A DNA stretch of 64,000 nt from Amphiscolops sp. MND2022 (GCA_964187785.1 OZ076413.1:30752001-30816000), one strand, 5' to 3'; numbered from the stretch's first letter, positions 16,811 through 30,163 are shown. The notes: generated from the sequence alone by a model not told the origin. Translations and numbers: made by a program.

Positions 16811-18234
16811 TATGGCTCATTGGATAAGATACTGCCCGACATCCTAAACGGCAAACTGAAAGTTGTCCAAAACCGGAGAAAGACGGAATCAAACACCGAT
16901 GATAACGAAGATGACGGAGGAGAGATGCCGGAAGAATCCATACAACATATCAGAACGCGATTGGCGGTACGACCAAAACGGACATATTCGGAAGACGACG
17001 TGATATAGATTCACACTGACGGTGAAATCCCACAGGGTGAGAAAACGTAACCTATAATACGGTGACCTAGCCGAATTAAAAACAAATTGAATAGACACGG
17101 TAGCATACCATATACTGGAAGTTTTTGGGGGATAAAATTGTTAGAAATGTTTATACTATTGCAGGTACTAAGTGGAACGCAAGAAAAGAAACACCACTGC
17201 CCGAGAACGTTCAGAAGCCTGCCGACTTCTTGCTTGGGGAAATGACCCCACCGGGATCATCATTCTTCCTCTAAAACGACAAATGGGAGAGGGAGAGAGG
17301 GGGAAAGTAAAACGATTGACTCCAATTTTAGTCTGAAATTTTTTAGTGACGGCATCAATTGTACCAAACTTGCCACCGCGTTATTGCCAAAGTTCAACTA
17401 GACAACACTGGCAAATGGGTTTTGTCGCCGTGGACTTGTTAGCTCGACAATGCAAACAGGTTTTTCACCCTTCAAATCTCGGCTTTGAACTTTGGACGAC
17501 CGTAATGCGAAGGAACACAGATTTCACCACAGTGCGCTTGGACTTAGCGTTTCCAGTGTGCAACTGAAATTTTTCTGTTTGCGGAATGTAAGGCACTTTC
17601 TAGCTACCCACCTCCAAGGTTAGACACGACTTTCACTTCATCTAGCCACCCAGTGTGAAAACGTTTGAAACTCTTGATAAAAATCTTGCATTTTCGTGAA
17701 ACCCTTGGTAAGAATCTTGGCAAGATAATTATCAAGAGCCCCAAGAATATGTACGATCTTGCAAGATCTTGCAAAGAATTCAAGAGAAAAACTGACAAAC
17801 GTGAATAAAAACAAACAAAAACCGACGCCAACTCGCGGCTTGATCAGTGTACCTATTATACCGCAGAAGTTCACGCTACCAACCAAGCTGTTACGTTCTG
17901 GATTATTATACTTTGTCTTGTCATAAAAGGAACGCTTCAAAGAATGACAGTGTAGTTGGTGGTGCGAACAATAGCAAAGCAGGTGTAAACAAAATTGTTG
18001 TTTGTTTTGCAAGTATTCATTTTCTTGACACTCTTGATAAGACTCCCACCAAGATTCATCTCAAGAAGTTCAAGAGGTTCTTCTTGAGAGGTTCTTACGG
18101 GAATATGTAAGAATATGAAAGATCTTGGCAAGAGTTTCAAGATGTTTTGCACTGGGCAGTTCAACTTGAAACTGTTCAACTTCAGTTGCCACCGAAGTGC
18201 CAAAAGAAGGCCTCCCAGCATCTAGCTTAACCGT

Positions 18235-18518
18235 CCAATCAGTAGTAGCGACGGGATGTTTGTACAAAGGGCAGGAACGTAATCCCTATATTCTGGTTGG
18301 AAATCTAAGTACCAGCAATTCCTATTTTACAACTAATAGTTAAAAAAGTTGATCCCCTCTAAGAATCTAGATCTTTCAACGATTTCCCAAAACTCAGGTT
18401 TGTTAAACCCATTGAAGCTATCAATGTAGCGCGTGTGCGGTCCGGGGCATCTAAGGGCATCACAGACCTGTTTACAACCTCACTTCACTTTTATATAGTA
18501 CGTGGTCCCTCTAAGAAG
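18235..18518 (-). pseudogene. Degenerate nuclear 18S rRNA fragment (3' region)
   Basis: Minus strand has CTTCTTAGAGGGAC, AACAGGTCTGTGATGCCCTTAGATG..GCAC.CGCGCTACA and GATTACGTTCCTGCCCTTTGTACA..CCCGTCGCTACTAC in the order and ~190-nt spacing expected in 18S, but with substitutions in normally invariant positions and no complete gene around it. Confidence 0.85.
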
Positions 18519-19478
18519 TCCTAATGCAAATAAATTAACATCTATTAGTTAGTTGAATGTAATTAACACGGCCGTTAATCAGAAGCACTTTGTCTCATGG
18601 CGTGAAGTAGAAGTACGTCTCGTAAGGAACATGCAACAAAAAAGCAAAAAACTGAATCAGTCAATTGTGTAATAAATTCGGGTGATACCGGCAATGACTT
18701 GTGTGAGAGGATGCAGAATTCTGCACCTAAGTCGCTATAAACAGAGATTGGGACGCTTCGGATTGAAACAGAGCATCATAGAATCACAGAAAACTTCAAG
18801 GTCGCCTAAACTGTACGATAAAGAGTTATACAAAAACGGGAATTCCGAGTATAAGTAAACAGTTAACTGTCCTGTACCAGTATATATCCATACAGATCAA
18901 AATGGTACTTCAACGAGGAACGGATTCGCATGAATAACGAATAAAATGAAGAAACACTTTTTCGTAGTCAATTTTTGAACTGAGATTTTCAACTGAACGG
19001 ATTTATAACATTTAGTTTTTCTAACTCACACTGTCAGTGAAATCGATTTTTAGTTAGGTATGCAATAAAACTTCAGTTTCGATTTCGGTGTAGTTTATAG
19101 TGAATGAAAGATTTTTCAGAATTGTGGTGCGTTCATCATAAAATTCATCGAAAAGTAGAATCAACACATTCAACTGAACAGGAGGTACAGTATCTATATA
19201 TCTATGATACTATTGTCTAAACAGAACAATGAAACCCAGTTTCCTTTGAACTTGGAACAACACTATCTAAAAATTTTTTCAATAACCGGATAAAAAACTA
19301 ATATTAGAGATGAATAAATAAAGTGGAAATCTGATGTGGCGTTGTCTACAATGAACGGTACATTGTACAATTAGCGAACGAGTGACGTAAGAATAACTCA
19401 ACACATTGTTTTAGACTCAACCAGTTTCCTATGTACTCCTGGTTGAAATTTTTAAAAGGAAACTTTGATGCTGGTCGT

Positions 19479-20745
19479 TTTTAGGGCTGACCTGTTTGTG
19501 ATTACTTCTTCGAATAACAAAGTCTTTACGCCCGCCCTGATTGTTTCCAGGAACCACAATGACAACGTCCAGAGCACTCGTAAATTCTTGGATGACCTTG
19601 TCGGTCCAATTCAGCGTCAAAAGCACTTCTAAGTATTTTGGTTTTTAGAATAAAACAAATGCTTCCGATGGATTCTTCGTTCAAATGGACTTTGTCTTCT
19701 CTCAAATGAGTGACTTTGTAGACCCTCTTTTCTACTCCTCGAAACGACCAGTCTTCCTTTCGATTAGATAGCAGTTTGTTTACTGCACTGGTGCGTTCTC
19801 TTTGATTGTGACGAGGAGGAATTCCCAGCACAAACACTTTATCAGCTTTGCCTTTTAAAACGTTAGCAAGGTCACTAATTTTGTCCGCAACCTCTTCCGA
19901 ACTAACTTTAGAGGGTAATTTACCTTGGAAAAGATCGTTTCCTCCAACGAAAAGTACTATAATATTGAAGCGACCCACGCGTGGAATGAAATTATAAACG
20001 TCGTGAACTTTCGCACCAGGCAAGGATAAAATATTGAAGTTCGCGAAATCTAAATATTTCGCTTGTGAATCAGCAATTAAAAGATTTCTTTGGACGGATT
20101 CTTTGAATATATGATAACGCATTTGGAACTCTCAAATTTGGATTCTGTGATACCTCATGGACTCGGCGAATCCGTTTAAGAGCACCAAAATACTATCATA
20201 CTTTCTGTTAATCAAAATTACCAGTTTTTTGTCTCTATTTTCTTTGTAATATTTTGGAACTGGAAGCTTATTTTCCGTCTTTTGGCACTCAATTTTAGCC
20301 AGGAATAGGAAACATCATTTGATAATTTCAAATAATCTTTTTTCCGTATCTTTTTACCAGTATTCCGCAATAATTACAATCAAAATAAAATCCAATAATG
20401 GTAAATTTCGAAAATAATAGCACGCTCGGTCATAAGAAACCTGCTTCTGAACAATCAATCTATAACTTGGTTACTTTTCTCATACAGTTGGAACAACTTG
20501 TCCAATTTAAGAATTCTCGCTTCTCGTTTTCGAAGTTATTGATTGTTGTTCGTGTGAAACTTTACATCCGTTTAACATCTCATTAATATTCATTACAACG
20601 TCAAATTTATACAATTTTGATTAGATATATATTTGGCTCAAACATTCTGATTAAACATCGGAATTCCTTCGATTGTTGAATACTTTAAATGCTTGACCGA
20701 AAACCATAAGTATTTGATTTGGATTATGATTGTATGGCGCCAACA
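19479..20745 (-). repeat. BEL 3' LTR (1267 bp)
   Basis: Matches 27402-28668; one substitution seen (20276 c vs 28199 t). Starts TGTTGG and ends CCCTAAAA on the minus strand. Confidence 0.95.
19526..20122 (-). CDS. SGNH/GDSL hydrolase-like protein encoded in the 3' LTR
   Basis: Block I LIADS, block II PGA, block III VGGND, block V DKVH (DxxH); 198 aa, uninterrupted. Confidence 0.85.
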   Translation of the reverse strand: MRYHIFKESVQRNLLIADSQAKYLDFANFNILSLPGAKVHDVYNFIPRVGRFNIIVLFVGGNDLFQGKLPSKVSSEEVADKISDLANVLKGKADKVFVLGIPPRHNQRERTSAVNKLLSNRKEDWSFRGVEKRVYKVTHLREDKVHLNEESIGSICFILKTKILRSAFDAELDRQGHPRIYECSGRCHCGSWKQSGRA

Positions 20746-23700
20746 TCGCCGGCCCTGTTTTCCATAGGAAAACACTCTTCTTTGAAAACTGGCGCCAACT
20801 TCACCACAGGTCGTTTACACTGTCCAGTAGCTGTTTTGATTAGAGCAGATCTCACAAAGCCATCTCTTCCAGGATAGACTTCTATAATTCGAGCCATTTG
20901 GTAGTGAGATCTTTTCATGTTATCTTCCACTAACCACACAAGATCACCAGCGGATATATTTTTCTCTTGTTTCGAATACCATTTACTTCTTGAATGCCAT
21001 TGGGGTAAATATTCATTTGTCCAACGTTTCCATATCATATCGGCATAGGCTTGCGATGATTTGAATATCTTCCTGTGGTTAGCATACAATTCGGCATTAG
21101 GAATAAAAGGGACCGCGACGTTTGATCGTCCCAGTAGAAAATGATTTGGGGTCAGCGCTTCCAGGTCTGATGGATCATCACTCACCGCTGTTAATGGCCT
21201 TGCATTAAGTGTTTGCTCGACAAGACACATTGTAGTAATGAGAGTTTCATCGGTTAAGGATCGGGAACCCAGAATAGCAAACATAGCTTTCTTGCAGCTC
21301 CCTACCAAGCGTTCCCAGACACCTCCAAAATGAGGGGCACTGGGAGGGTTGAATTTCCAAATAATTCCTTTCGATGCCAAACTTTCTCCCATTTGACTTT
21401 TGTTCCACGAGTCAATATATTCCTGAAGCTCCGTAGCGGAGCCGACAAAATTTGAGCCATTATCGCTCACTATAGTCTTGGGTTTGCCACGCCTCGATAT
21501 AAAGCGCACAATTGCTGCCATGCAAGAGTCTGCATCGAGACTTCTGACTACTTCAATGTGAACCGCACGCGTTGTTAGACAGGTGAAGAGACAACACCAT
21601 CGCTTCATGGTTCTTCGCAGCATTTTCACTTCAAAGGGACCAAAATAGTCTATGCCAGTGTTAGTAAAAGGATGGGCTTGAAAGTCTAATCTTTCAGGAG
21701 GTAAATCCGCCATGAAAGGTTGTTTTACTGCAGACCGGAATTTTCTGCAGTCCACACAACTACCCTTAATTTTTCTCAATGCGTTACGCAAACCAAGAAC
21801 ACAAAATTCTTGCTGGATCACATTCCGCACATATTCCACTCCCTCGTGCAAATTGTCAATATGCGCTTGCAATAACAATAATTTCACCACTGGATGAGTC
21901 GAGCACAATAAAATAGGATGTCGTTGATCAAAACTGATGTTTTTTGCATACTTCAGTCTTCCTTGAGCCCTGATTAAACCAAAATTGTCAAGAAAAGGCG
22001 TGAATTTCTTTAAGTTGCCATCAATTTTACCCTCTGCACCTTTTTGTAAGTTTGCAAAAGTTTCCGGGAAAAGCTCCCTTTGAACAAGTTTGATGAGAAC
22101 TTTTCTCGAATTTTTTAATTCATCGACCGATAAATAACTGGTATTCGTCTTACTCCTCAATCTTAAGCAAAACGCAATAACACGTTGAATTTTAGAGAAA
22201 CTGCTGAATCGATCCCAAGTTATCAAATCTCTTTTCTGGGTAACGAATATGGATTCCATTTCGCCCATACTCGATGTGACTTCGTCCAAGCCCAGTGAAG
22301 TAACAGGCCATTCTTCCATTGGTAGTTTCAACCATGCCGGCCCTGTTAACCACTCTGACTTCGTGAGATTCTCAAGGGAAATACCTCGAGTGCCAATATC
22401 GGCGGGATTCAGTTCCCCTCTAACATGTCGCCACTCGTCTATTGTTGTACTTTCAAGTATTTCTGAGACTCGATTGGCAACAAAAACGACTTGCTTCTGA
22501 TGGGCACTTTTCAGCCACTGTAAGACAGTCTCGGAGTCTGTCCAGTGATAAATACTTTCAAACTTGAGGTCATGTTCTGAACAAATGAGCTTTCGTAGTC
22601 GAACTCCATACATTGCCGCTTGAAGTTCCAACCTTGGAACCGACAATTGCTTCATTGGGGCAATGCGGCTTTTTCCTAGAATGAACGATACTTCGGTCCC
22701 AGTCTTTTGTTGATAACGAATGTATGCAACAATAGCCATTGCTTCCAAACTAGCATCACTAAAAATGTGCAGCTCCATGTGCTCCGGTAGACTCATAAAG
22801 TAATGTCTGTTTAGTTTTACTTGTCGCATTGAAGTAAGCTCCGTAGCCCAAGCTAAAAAGCAAGCCCTTTCTTCATTGGAAACTGACTCATCCCATCTCT
22901 GTCCGTATTGAATCCATATGCTTTTCAATAAAATTCTCATTCTCATTGTAAATGGCGCTAATAGTCCCAATGGGTCAAATACCGAGGAAACAAATGATAA
23001 AATAGTCCGTTGAGTCACATGTTCAGGCATTTGTCTATCAGAACCTCTACATGCCCGCAGATGTCTTTTGAGATAATCCACTCCAAGCCGAGGATTGAGG
23101 ACGTTTCGAGTTCAGAGTCCAGTGAAACAATGTCAGATACTGCGCAGTCTTCTTCCGGAATTGCTTCCAGAACCTCGTGCTTGTTACTGGCCCACTTTTT
23201 CAGAGCAAACCCACTCTTAGACATTACTGACACAATTTGTCGGTAATGCTCTTGGGCGTCTTGAATATTTGAAACACTCTTGACCAAGTCGTCCATATAA
23301 AAATTCCGTTCAATCATTTCCGAAGCCTTGGGGAATTCATCTTTGAAATCCTTCCCAGACTGTTGCAAGGCGTAGTTGGCACAAGTAGGCGAATCCTTGG
23401 AGCCAAAAACATGACGATTGTATTCATACACGTGCAAAGTCTCTTTATCGCTATTGCGCCATAAAAAACGTAGCACTCTGCAGTCCTCCACTGGTACTCC
23501 AACTTGTAGGAACATCGATTCGATGTCAGCGTTAATGGCCACCTCATGTTCACGGAATCGAAAAATTATTCCGATGAGATTTCGAAGTAAATCCGGTCCT
23601 GTCAGCAACTTGTCATTCAACGAGGTGCCTTTAAATTTAGACGCAGCATTACACACGCGTCTAACCTTACCCGGTTTGTGTGGATGCTTCACAGGATGAT

Positions 23701-26700
23701 GTGGTAAGTACCATTGAAGATTGTTTCCGGTATGTTGTAATTCATGTTTGTCGATAACTCTGATAAATCCATTCTCCAAATCCTTTTGAATGGTTTTCTG
23801 ATATGCATCCTTCAAATCTACATCCTTGTCCAATCGTTTTTCTAGTGAATAGAACTGTTGAAGAGCCGAACTATAATTATTTGGCAGATCGGGAGAATCG
23901 TCAGCCCAAAGCAATCCCACTTCGTATCTTTCGCCATTGTGTCTAGTTGACCGTTTCAGAATGTCGAAAGCTCTTTCATCTTGTTTAGATCTTCCACTGA
24001 CGTTGCAAAGGGAGGCGTATGTTTCCATATCCCACCATCTTTTGATTTGACTTGTCAATATTTCATTGTCAGTGTCATTGGCTAGGTTACAAGACACAAC
24101 CAAATGATTGGTCTCCGACTTGGGCAATGGGCCACTCAAGGTCCAACCGAGCTCTGTTTTAACTGCCCAAGGTTCATTTCGACCGCCTGTCTTGTATTCT
24201 AAAGGTCGAATTAAAGGGTAAACATCTTGTCCCAAAATTATTTTAACTTCTTTCATGGCCATGATTTCGTCTGGTAGATCCGTCAAGTGTTCGTATTGTA
24301 TCTTCAATTTGTGAAAATTGTACTCTCTATCACCAACATTCAGTTTAGGATGTGTACAAAATGTGATTTCATGGCCCTTTTTATCCAAAAGAAATGGCGC
24401 AATTTCTGCAGTTACCTTTTCTGTGGACATTTCTGACATTCCATGGATACCAGCAATTGTCATTGTCGTAGCTTCACCAGACAGTTTGAGCTGAGACTTC
24501 AATTTTTCATCAATAAACGAGACGGTTGATCCTGTGTCCAACAGAGCTGTCGTACGGACTTCAAGATTCGAATTGCGAACTGTTATTGGAACAAGTTGCA
24601 GGACTCCACTGGATCCCGTAGCCAAAACTGCTGATGAACTAGCTTTGTTTTCTATTGCAGTATTAGCAGACTCTTTATTTTCTATAGGTTCGACATGTAA
24701 AAGTCTGTTGTGTTTTTTAATACAGCCATTGAATCCACACTTCCTTTCACTCTTGCAGTCTTTAATCAGGTGTGTATTTAGGCAACAAAAGCAAAGTTTG
24801 AGTTTTTTTACTGTTTCGTATCTGTCAGTGGGACTTTGCTTTTTGAACTTATCACAACCCCAAATTTTATGCTCGCCATCGTTCAACGGACAAGTCTTCG
24901 AATCCGATTTTGAGCTCTTCACTTGACCTTGTTTCTCCTTATTTGTGAAAGTTGTTGTTAGCACTGTACCTGAACTCCTTGCTTTCTCTCCCTGGGATGC
25001 ACCCTTCTTATCAGTATTTGAGCGGTACTGAACTAAAAGTTCATCATGTACATACGCCACTTCATTGAGCCACTCCGAGAATTTGCTGAGATTAGCTGTC
25101 AGATAACATCTTCCCTTCGCGTGAAACAGCCATTTTGTTTTGAGTTCAGGCGGCAGCTTGCGAACGGCAGCACTTAAAACGGATTCGGAACAAAGATCGC
25201 CTGTAAACCCGTACTGGTTTAAAACGCTAACACAAGTGGAAATGAGTTGAGAGTATTTAATAATTGCTGTCCAGTCATGTGATTTAATAAAGGGAAATTG
25301 ATATATTTGTTTCATTTGAGCATTAACTAACGACTGAGGTCTTCCAAAGTTTCGTTCAAGAGTTTGCCAAGCCGTATGGTACAAAGCTCCTGAATAGCCA
25401 AATCCAGCTATTGCTGCTTTAGCTTTGTCTTTCACCAGTGTCTTCAGGTGACTCATTTTTGTGTTATCATCAACCGGCGCATTGTGTATGACGGCATTGA
25501 AAAGACTAGACCATTCTGGCCATTCCAAAGGGTCGCCGGTGAATTCTTTCAGTTTGAGTTTGGGTAGACTTGAAACTGGCTGCAGCCATTGTGTCTCTGG
25601 CGTTACAGTCACAGTTGGGTGCGGCAGTGGTTGAAGTTGATAGTTTGAGGGTTGGGTATATTCTAACTTCGGGTTGATCGCATCTTTTTTGTTCTGGAAA
25701 TTGTTAGATTTGGTCTCCCTTTTGTTGGTCTTGGACTGACTCAAGCTCCTCTCACGTTGCATTTGAGAATCCAACGTTTTCTCTGGAGGACCGACCCGTC
25801 GGCCTCTTCGAGAACCTCTTACTTGGAAGAACGGGTTCTCCTCCTTAACTGAAGTAGGACGAGTTTGGTCAATGCTAAGTTGCGAAACTTTGCAAGATAT
25901 CTCGGACGTTCGATCAATAACCTGCTGGTCCAGCCATTTGCTGAAATGATCTTCCCTTTCGTTCTTCCATGTCAACGGTGCAGATTCGCTATCTGTCGAT
26001 TTGATGGAACTAGCGGTCGATTGAGCGTCTGCAATGTCGATTCTAGCTTGCAACTTTGTTTTTCGTAACATTTGCTTCTTCCTGAGAGATTCAAGTTCAT
26101 TCCGTTCTTGCATTTCTGCCAGTTCTTGTTCTCTCATCTTTTTCTTCACTGCTATTTCTCGTTCCTTTTCCTCCAGTTCTAAGCGGGACTCTGCCTCTAG
26201 AATGGTAGCTTGAATAGTTAATCGTTGTTTTTCACTCAAACGCGAAGCGTTAGAACGTTTATCCGACCTATGGATTGTATGTGATTTGGCGGATTCTGTT
26301 TTTGGCCCATCCCTGGGCGACAATATACCACCATGCTGCCGGTCGCCGATGTTGGCCGAATGGGGAGCGTCGCCAACAACATTCCAGTTCGAGTTACCTC
26401 TACTATTTGACAAATCATCGAACAAAGTTGAGTTGTTGGCGTCTTGGAGAAGTTCCAAGCCACGATCAAGTTTTTCCAATGGGTTCCTTTTCTTGTCATC
26501 GGGAGCTCTGGCTGCAACAACTGTTGAGTCTTTCAGCGCCGATTCGTCGTGGGTTTTGGACAATTTCTCTGCTTTAGGTTGATCAGCCTCAGCTTCCTCA
26601 TCCTTTTGTTCTTGCAAGTCGGGATTTTCTACATAAGCAATCCACTCCACTGTGCTTTTCTGCAGAATCAATTCAATTTCCTTCAATTGCTTCTCGCTTT

Positions 26701-27367
26701 GAGCTAGTGTCGTTGCTACACTCTCAGGTTTGATTAGTGACCGCTGTGAATCGAAAACCAGGTCTAATGCCGATTTTATTTCATGGAGTTTGGGTACGGC
26801 GGAACTTACTCGGGTTGATCGAGCTGATTCTTTAATTAGGTCATCAATTGCTTTCTTCTGTTTTTCGAACTCGCTCTTATGTTTCCACCACTGATCGGAA
26901 AGACGGCAATACTTTGAATAGTCGTTACGACTCTTCAGAGCGACCAGCACTTTGTGGAGTGCATGCACTAGCGGGTGGTTTTGTGCCCAGTTGTTTATCA
27001 TCTCTTTAATTTCCTGTTCTAAATCTGTTTTCACTTTTGTACGCTCCGCGACGTACTTTTCCTTCAACATTGGCAGGCCAAAACTAAACTCTTTGTCGAA
27101 AGCTTCCTTAGCGAGAATGTACTCATAATAGAGTTTGCCAAGGTCAGATGTTTTGGAAAACGTAGTCCATTCTTTTCCTTGGAGACGTTGAAATTCCTCA
27201 TTGACAGCTCTTATCGCTTCCAAATGTTTTGTGAACCTTTCTTCATGGTCATTCCATGCAGTCACAGCGGATGAGTTCTTCAGTGCTTCTGTGAATGGCA
27301 TTCGTTGAAGAGTGCCTCCTTTGTATACCGACATTACCTTGTGGTCAATAGTACCTCCGGATGCCAT
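20724..27367 (-). CDS. BEL Gag-Pol polyprotein (~2200 aa) split by one frameshift near 23061
   Basis: LPKLKLKEFTGDPLEW gag motif, Cys/His knuckles (CFCCLNTHLIKDC, CGFNGCIKKHNRLLH), protease LLDTGS, RT YMDD, RNase H FSDAS, integrase GIDYFGP/SDNGSNF/WERLV. ORFs 23015-27367 and 20724-23081 join as LGLEWIISKD-x-LRACRG. Confidence 0.93.
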
Positions 27368-27380
27368 TGCTTGCGACAGT

Positions 27381-27398
27381 TCCCGGGTCGCGGCACCA
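27381..27398 (-). promoter_or_regulatory. BEL primer binding site, tRNA-His-like
   Basis: TGGTGCCGCGACCCGGGA, 3 nt after the 5' LTR; resembles the complement of the tRNA-His 3' end (TGGTGCCGTGAC...). Confidence 0.75.
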
Positions 27399-27401
27399 AA
27401 A

Positions 27402-28668
27402 TTTTAGGGCTGACCTGTTTGTGATTACTTCTTCGAATAACAAAGTCTTTACGCCCGCCCTGATTGTTTCCAGGAACCACAATGACAACGTCCAGAGCAC
27501 TCGTAAATTCTTGGATGACCTTGTCGGTCCAATTCAGCGTCAAAAGCACTTCTAAGTATTTTGGTTTTTAGAATAAAACAAATGCTTCCGATGGATTCTT
27601 CGTTCAAATGGACTTTGTCTTCTCTCAAATGAGTGACTTTGTAGACCCTCTTTTCTACTCCTCGAAACGACCAGTCTTCCTTTCGATTAGATAGCAGTTT
27701 GTTTACTGCACTGGTGCGTTCTCTTTGATTGTGACGAGGAGGAATTCCCAGCACAAACACTTTATCAGCTTTGCCTTTTAAAACGTTAGCAAGGTCACTA
27801 ATTTTGTCCGCAACCTCTTCCGAACTAACTTTAGAGGGTAATTTACCTTGGAAAAGATCGTTTCCTCCAACGAAAAGTACTATAATATTGAAGCGACCCA
27901 CGCGTGGAATGAAATTATAAACGTCGTGAACTTTCGCACCAGGCAAGGATAAAATATTGAAGTTCGCGAAATCTAAATATTTCGCTTGTGAATCAGCAAT
28001 TAAAAGATTTCTTTGGACGGATTCTTTGAATATATGATAACGCATTTGGAACTCTCAAATTTGGATTCTGTGATACCTCATGGACTCGGCGAATCCGTTT
28101 AAGAGCACCAAAATACTATCATACTTTCTGTTAATCAAAATTACCAGTTTTTTGTCTCTATTTTCTTTGTAATATTTTGGAACTGGAAGCTTATTTTCTG
28201 TCTTTTGGCACTCAATTTTAGCCAGGAATAGGAAACATCATTTGATAATTTCAAATAATCTTTTTTCCGTATCTTTTTACCAGTATTCCGCAATAATTAC
28301 AATCAAAATAAAATCCAATAATGGTAAATTTCGAAAATAATAGCACGCTCGGTCATAAGAAACCTGCTTCTGAACAATCAATCTATAACTTGGTTACTTT
28401 TCTCATACAGTTGGAACAACTTGTCCAATTTAAGAATTCTCGCTTCTCGTTTTCGAAGTTATTGATTGTTGTTCGTGTGAAACTTTACATCCGTTTAACA
28501 TCTCATTAATATTCATTACAACGTCAAATTTATACAATTTTGATTAGATATATATTTGGCTCAAACATTCTGATTAAACATCGGAATTCCTTCGATTGTT
28601 GAATACTTTAAATGCTTGACCGAAAACCATAAGTATTTGATTTGGATTATGATTGTATGGCGCCAACA
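27402..28668 (-). repeat. BEL 5' LTR (1267 bp)
   Basis: Direct repeat of 19479-20745. Confidence 0.95.
27449..28045 (-). CDS. SGNH/GDSL hydrolase-like protein encoded in the 5' LTR (identical protein to 19526-20122)
   Basis: Same 198-aa translation with S/G/N/H blocks. Confidence 0.85.
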   Translation of the reverse strand: MRYHIFKESVQRNLLIADSQAKYLDFANFNILSLPGAKVHDVYNFIPRVGRFNIIVLFVGGNDLFQGKLPSKVSSEEVADKISDLANVLKGKADKVFVLGIPPRHNQRERTSAVNKLLSNRKEDWSFRGVEKRVYKVTHLREDKVHLNEESIGSICFILKTKILRSAFDAELDRQGHPRIYECSGRCHCGSWKQSGRA

Positions 28669-30163
28669 GTCGTAAAATTTTAATTGAAAAACTGTTCAGA
28701 TGAATTTGTTTCATGTTTGTGTTTCAGTTGTCTGTGCGGGAAGTAACGGAGCGTCAGTCTTTTATTTCAATGCTTTTTGTCTTTTTTCAACAGTTTTTCA
28801 GAACTTTGAGATCAGTCTACAAAATGCGACCACATTTAAACAAAATTAACCTTCGAGAAAGAATGAAAGCTCTTTTTGACAACATTTTTCGACTGAAAAA
28901 AGCATCACCAAAGTCTAAAAAATCCACAATTATTATGTTTAGGAAGTCATTAGCTAGATAGTATGTTTTGGGAACGTTTTGAAAGTGAAAAAAAAACTTC
29001 AGGAAGTATTAACCGGAGCCAATTTTTCTTGTTGTTTTTCTATTGGTTTTTTGTTTACATTCAAATTTTTCTAGTTCAGACTACAGTCAATTTCCCGAGA
29101 ATTCATAATTTGACATTGAATTTGTCGGAAGTCTTGCCAGATTGCAATAACATGTCATCTCTAATGCATATCAGTTATTTGACCGCATTTAAATTGGATT
29201 TCTTCCAGACATCATAGCTCCGACTTGACCTATGCGTGTGATCAACTGGTAGCAAATATGGCGCAAATCTGAGGCACCCGGCGCAGCCAAAATTAAATGG
29301 AGTTGGATGCATATTTGGGAATGTATTTTGTTACTGTTGACATAAATGGGCGGAAAGCTGAATGAAATTCTACTCAAATCACTGGTAGAAATGTATTGTA
29401 TAAACAAAAACACGATGAATTATATAGCGCTTTCCCGGGTGCACGTGGAATAAGGCAAAATTTTTGTTGGAAAAAATTACTTACAATAGGTAATTTTTCC
29501 ACGAGATCTTTCATGGCTACCCTTAGCTTTATAAGCGTATTGAAATTTGCATAAATTTATTAAAATCTCAGGTTGTTTACCAGCTTTGTTTGTTTTAATT
29601 CAAAGCTTCCCATTCCCGGAAGTTGGCGCTGCACCTGAATTTCTCCTGAATGCCCGCCTGAATTTTGACAACGCTTTAGTGCGGCTTTTTAAATGAACTA
29701 TAGAAAACGAAAAAGGTTCTTGGAGAAGAAAAATGTTTCGTACTCGACAATTTCGTTCCAGTCGTAAGCAATACTTCGGAGATCACAATTTTCTTTAACA
29801 GATGCAATTTGAAGAAAAAGCTATTTTGTTCAGCATTTTCAGTCTTGAAATCATCTGTTTTTTTTTGTACCATTTACAGTTTTTGTTCATTCAAGCTTTT
29901 TATCGGTTAAATTTTGAGTTAGTTATACGCTAGAGGCCTAATTTGAATTACAAATTATTTAACATTTTGAATAATACTAATCGTTCTAGAAATCGTTGAT
30001 TTTTGGTTTTGCTTAAAAAACGTAAAAGAAATGCTAAGAAGACGAAAGAAGACAATTTTTGTGCTAGGATAAAAGTGAAATGGTTACTAAATGTTATTTA
30101 AAAATTGCAAAGATAATTTTGCCGGATATGGAATTTCATCTGCTGCATTTATCTAACGTCAGC

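Larger units (their letters stand above)
19479..28668 (-). mobile_element. BEL/Pao LTR retrotransposon, 9190 bp, with 5-bp TSD GTCGT
   Basis: LTRs 19479-20745 and 27402-28668 (offset 7923); TSD gtcgt at 19474-19478 and 28669-28673; PBS; BEL-type gag-pol. Confidence 0.96.

Noticed and set aside
23040-23090. Programmed frameshift in BEL pol
   Set aside because: No slippery sequence, the position is between RT and RNase H, and BEL elements normally have one ORF; a lesion or sequencing error is more likely.
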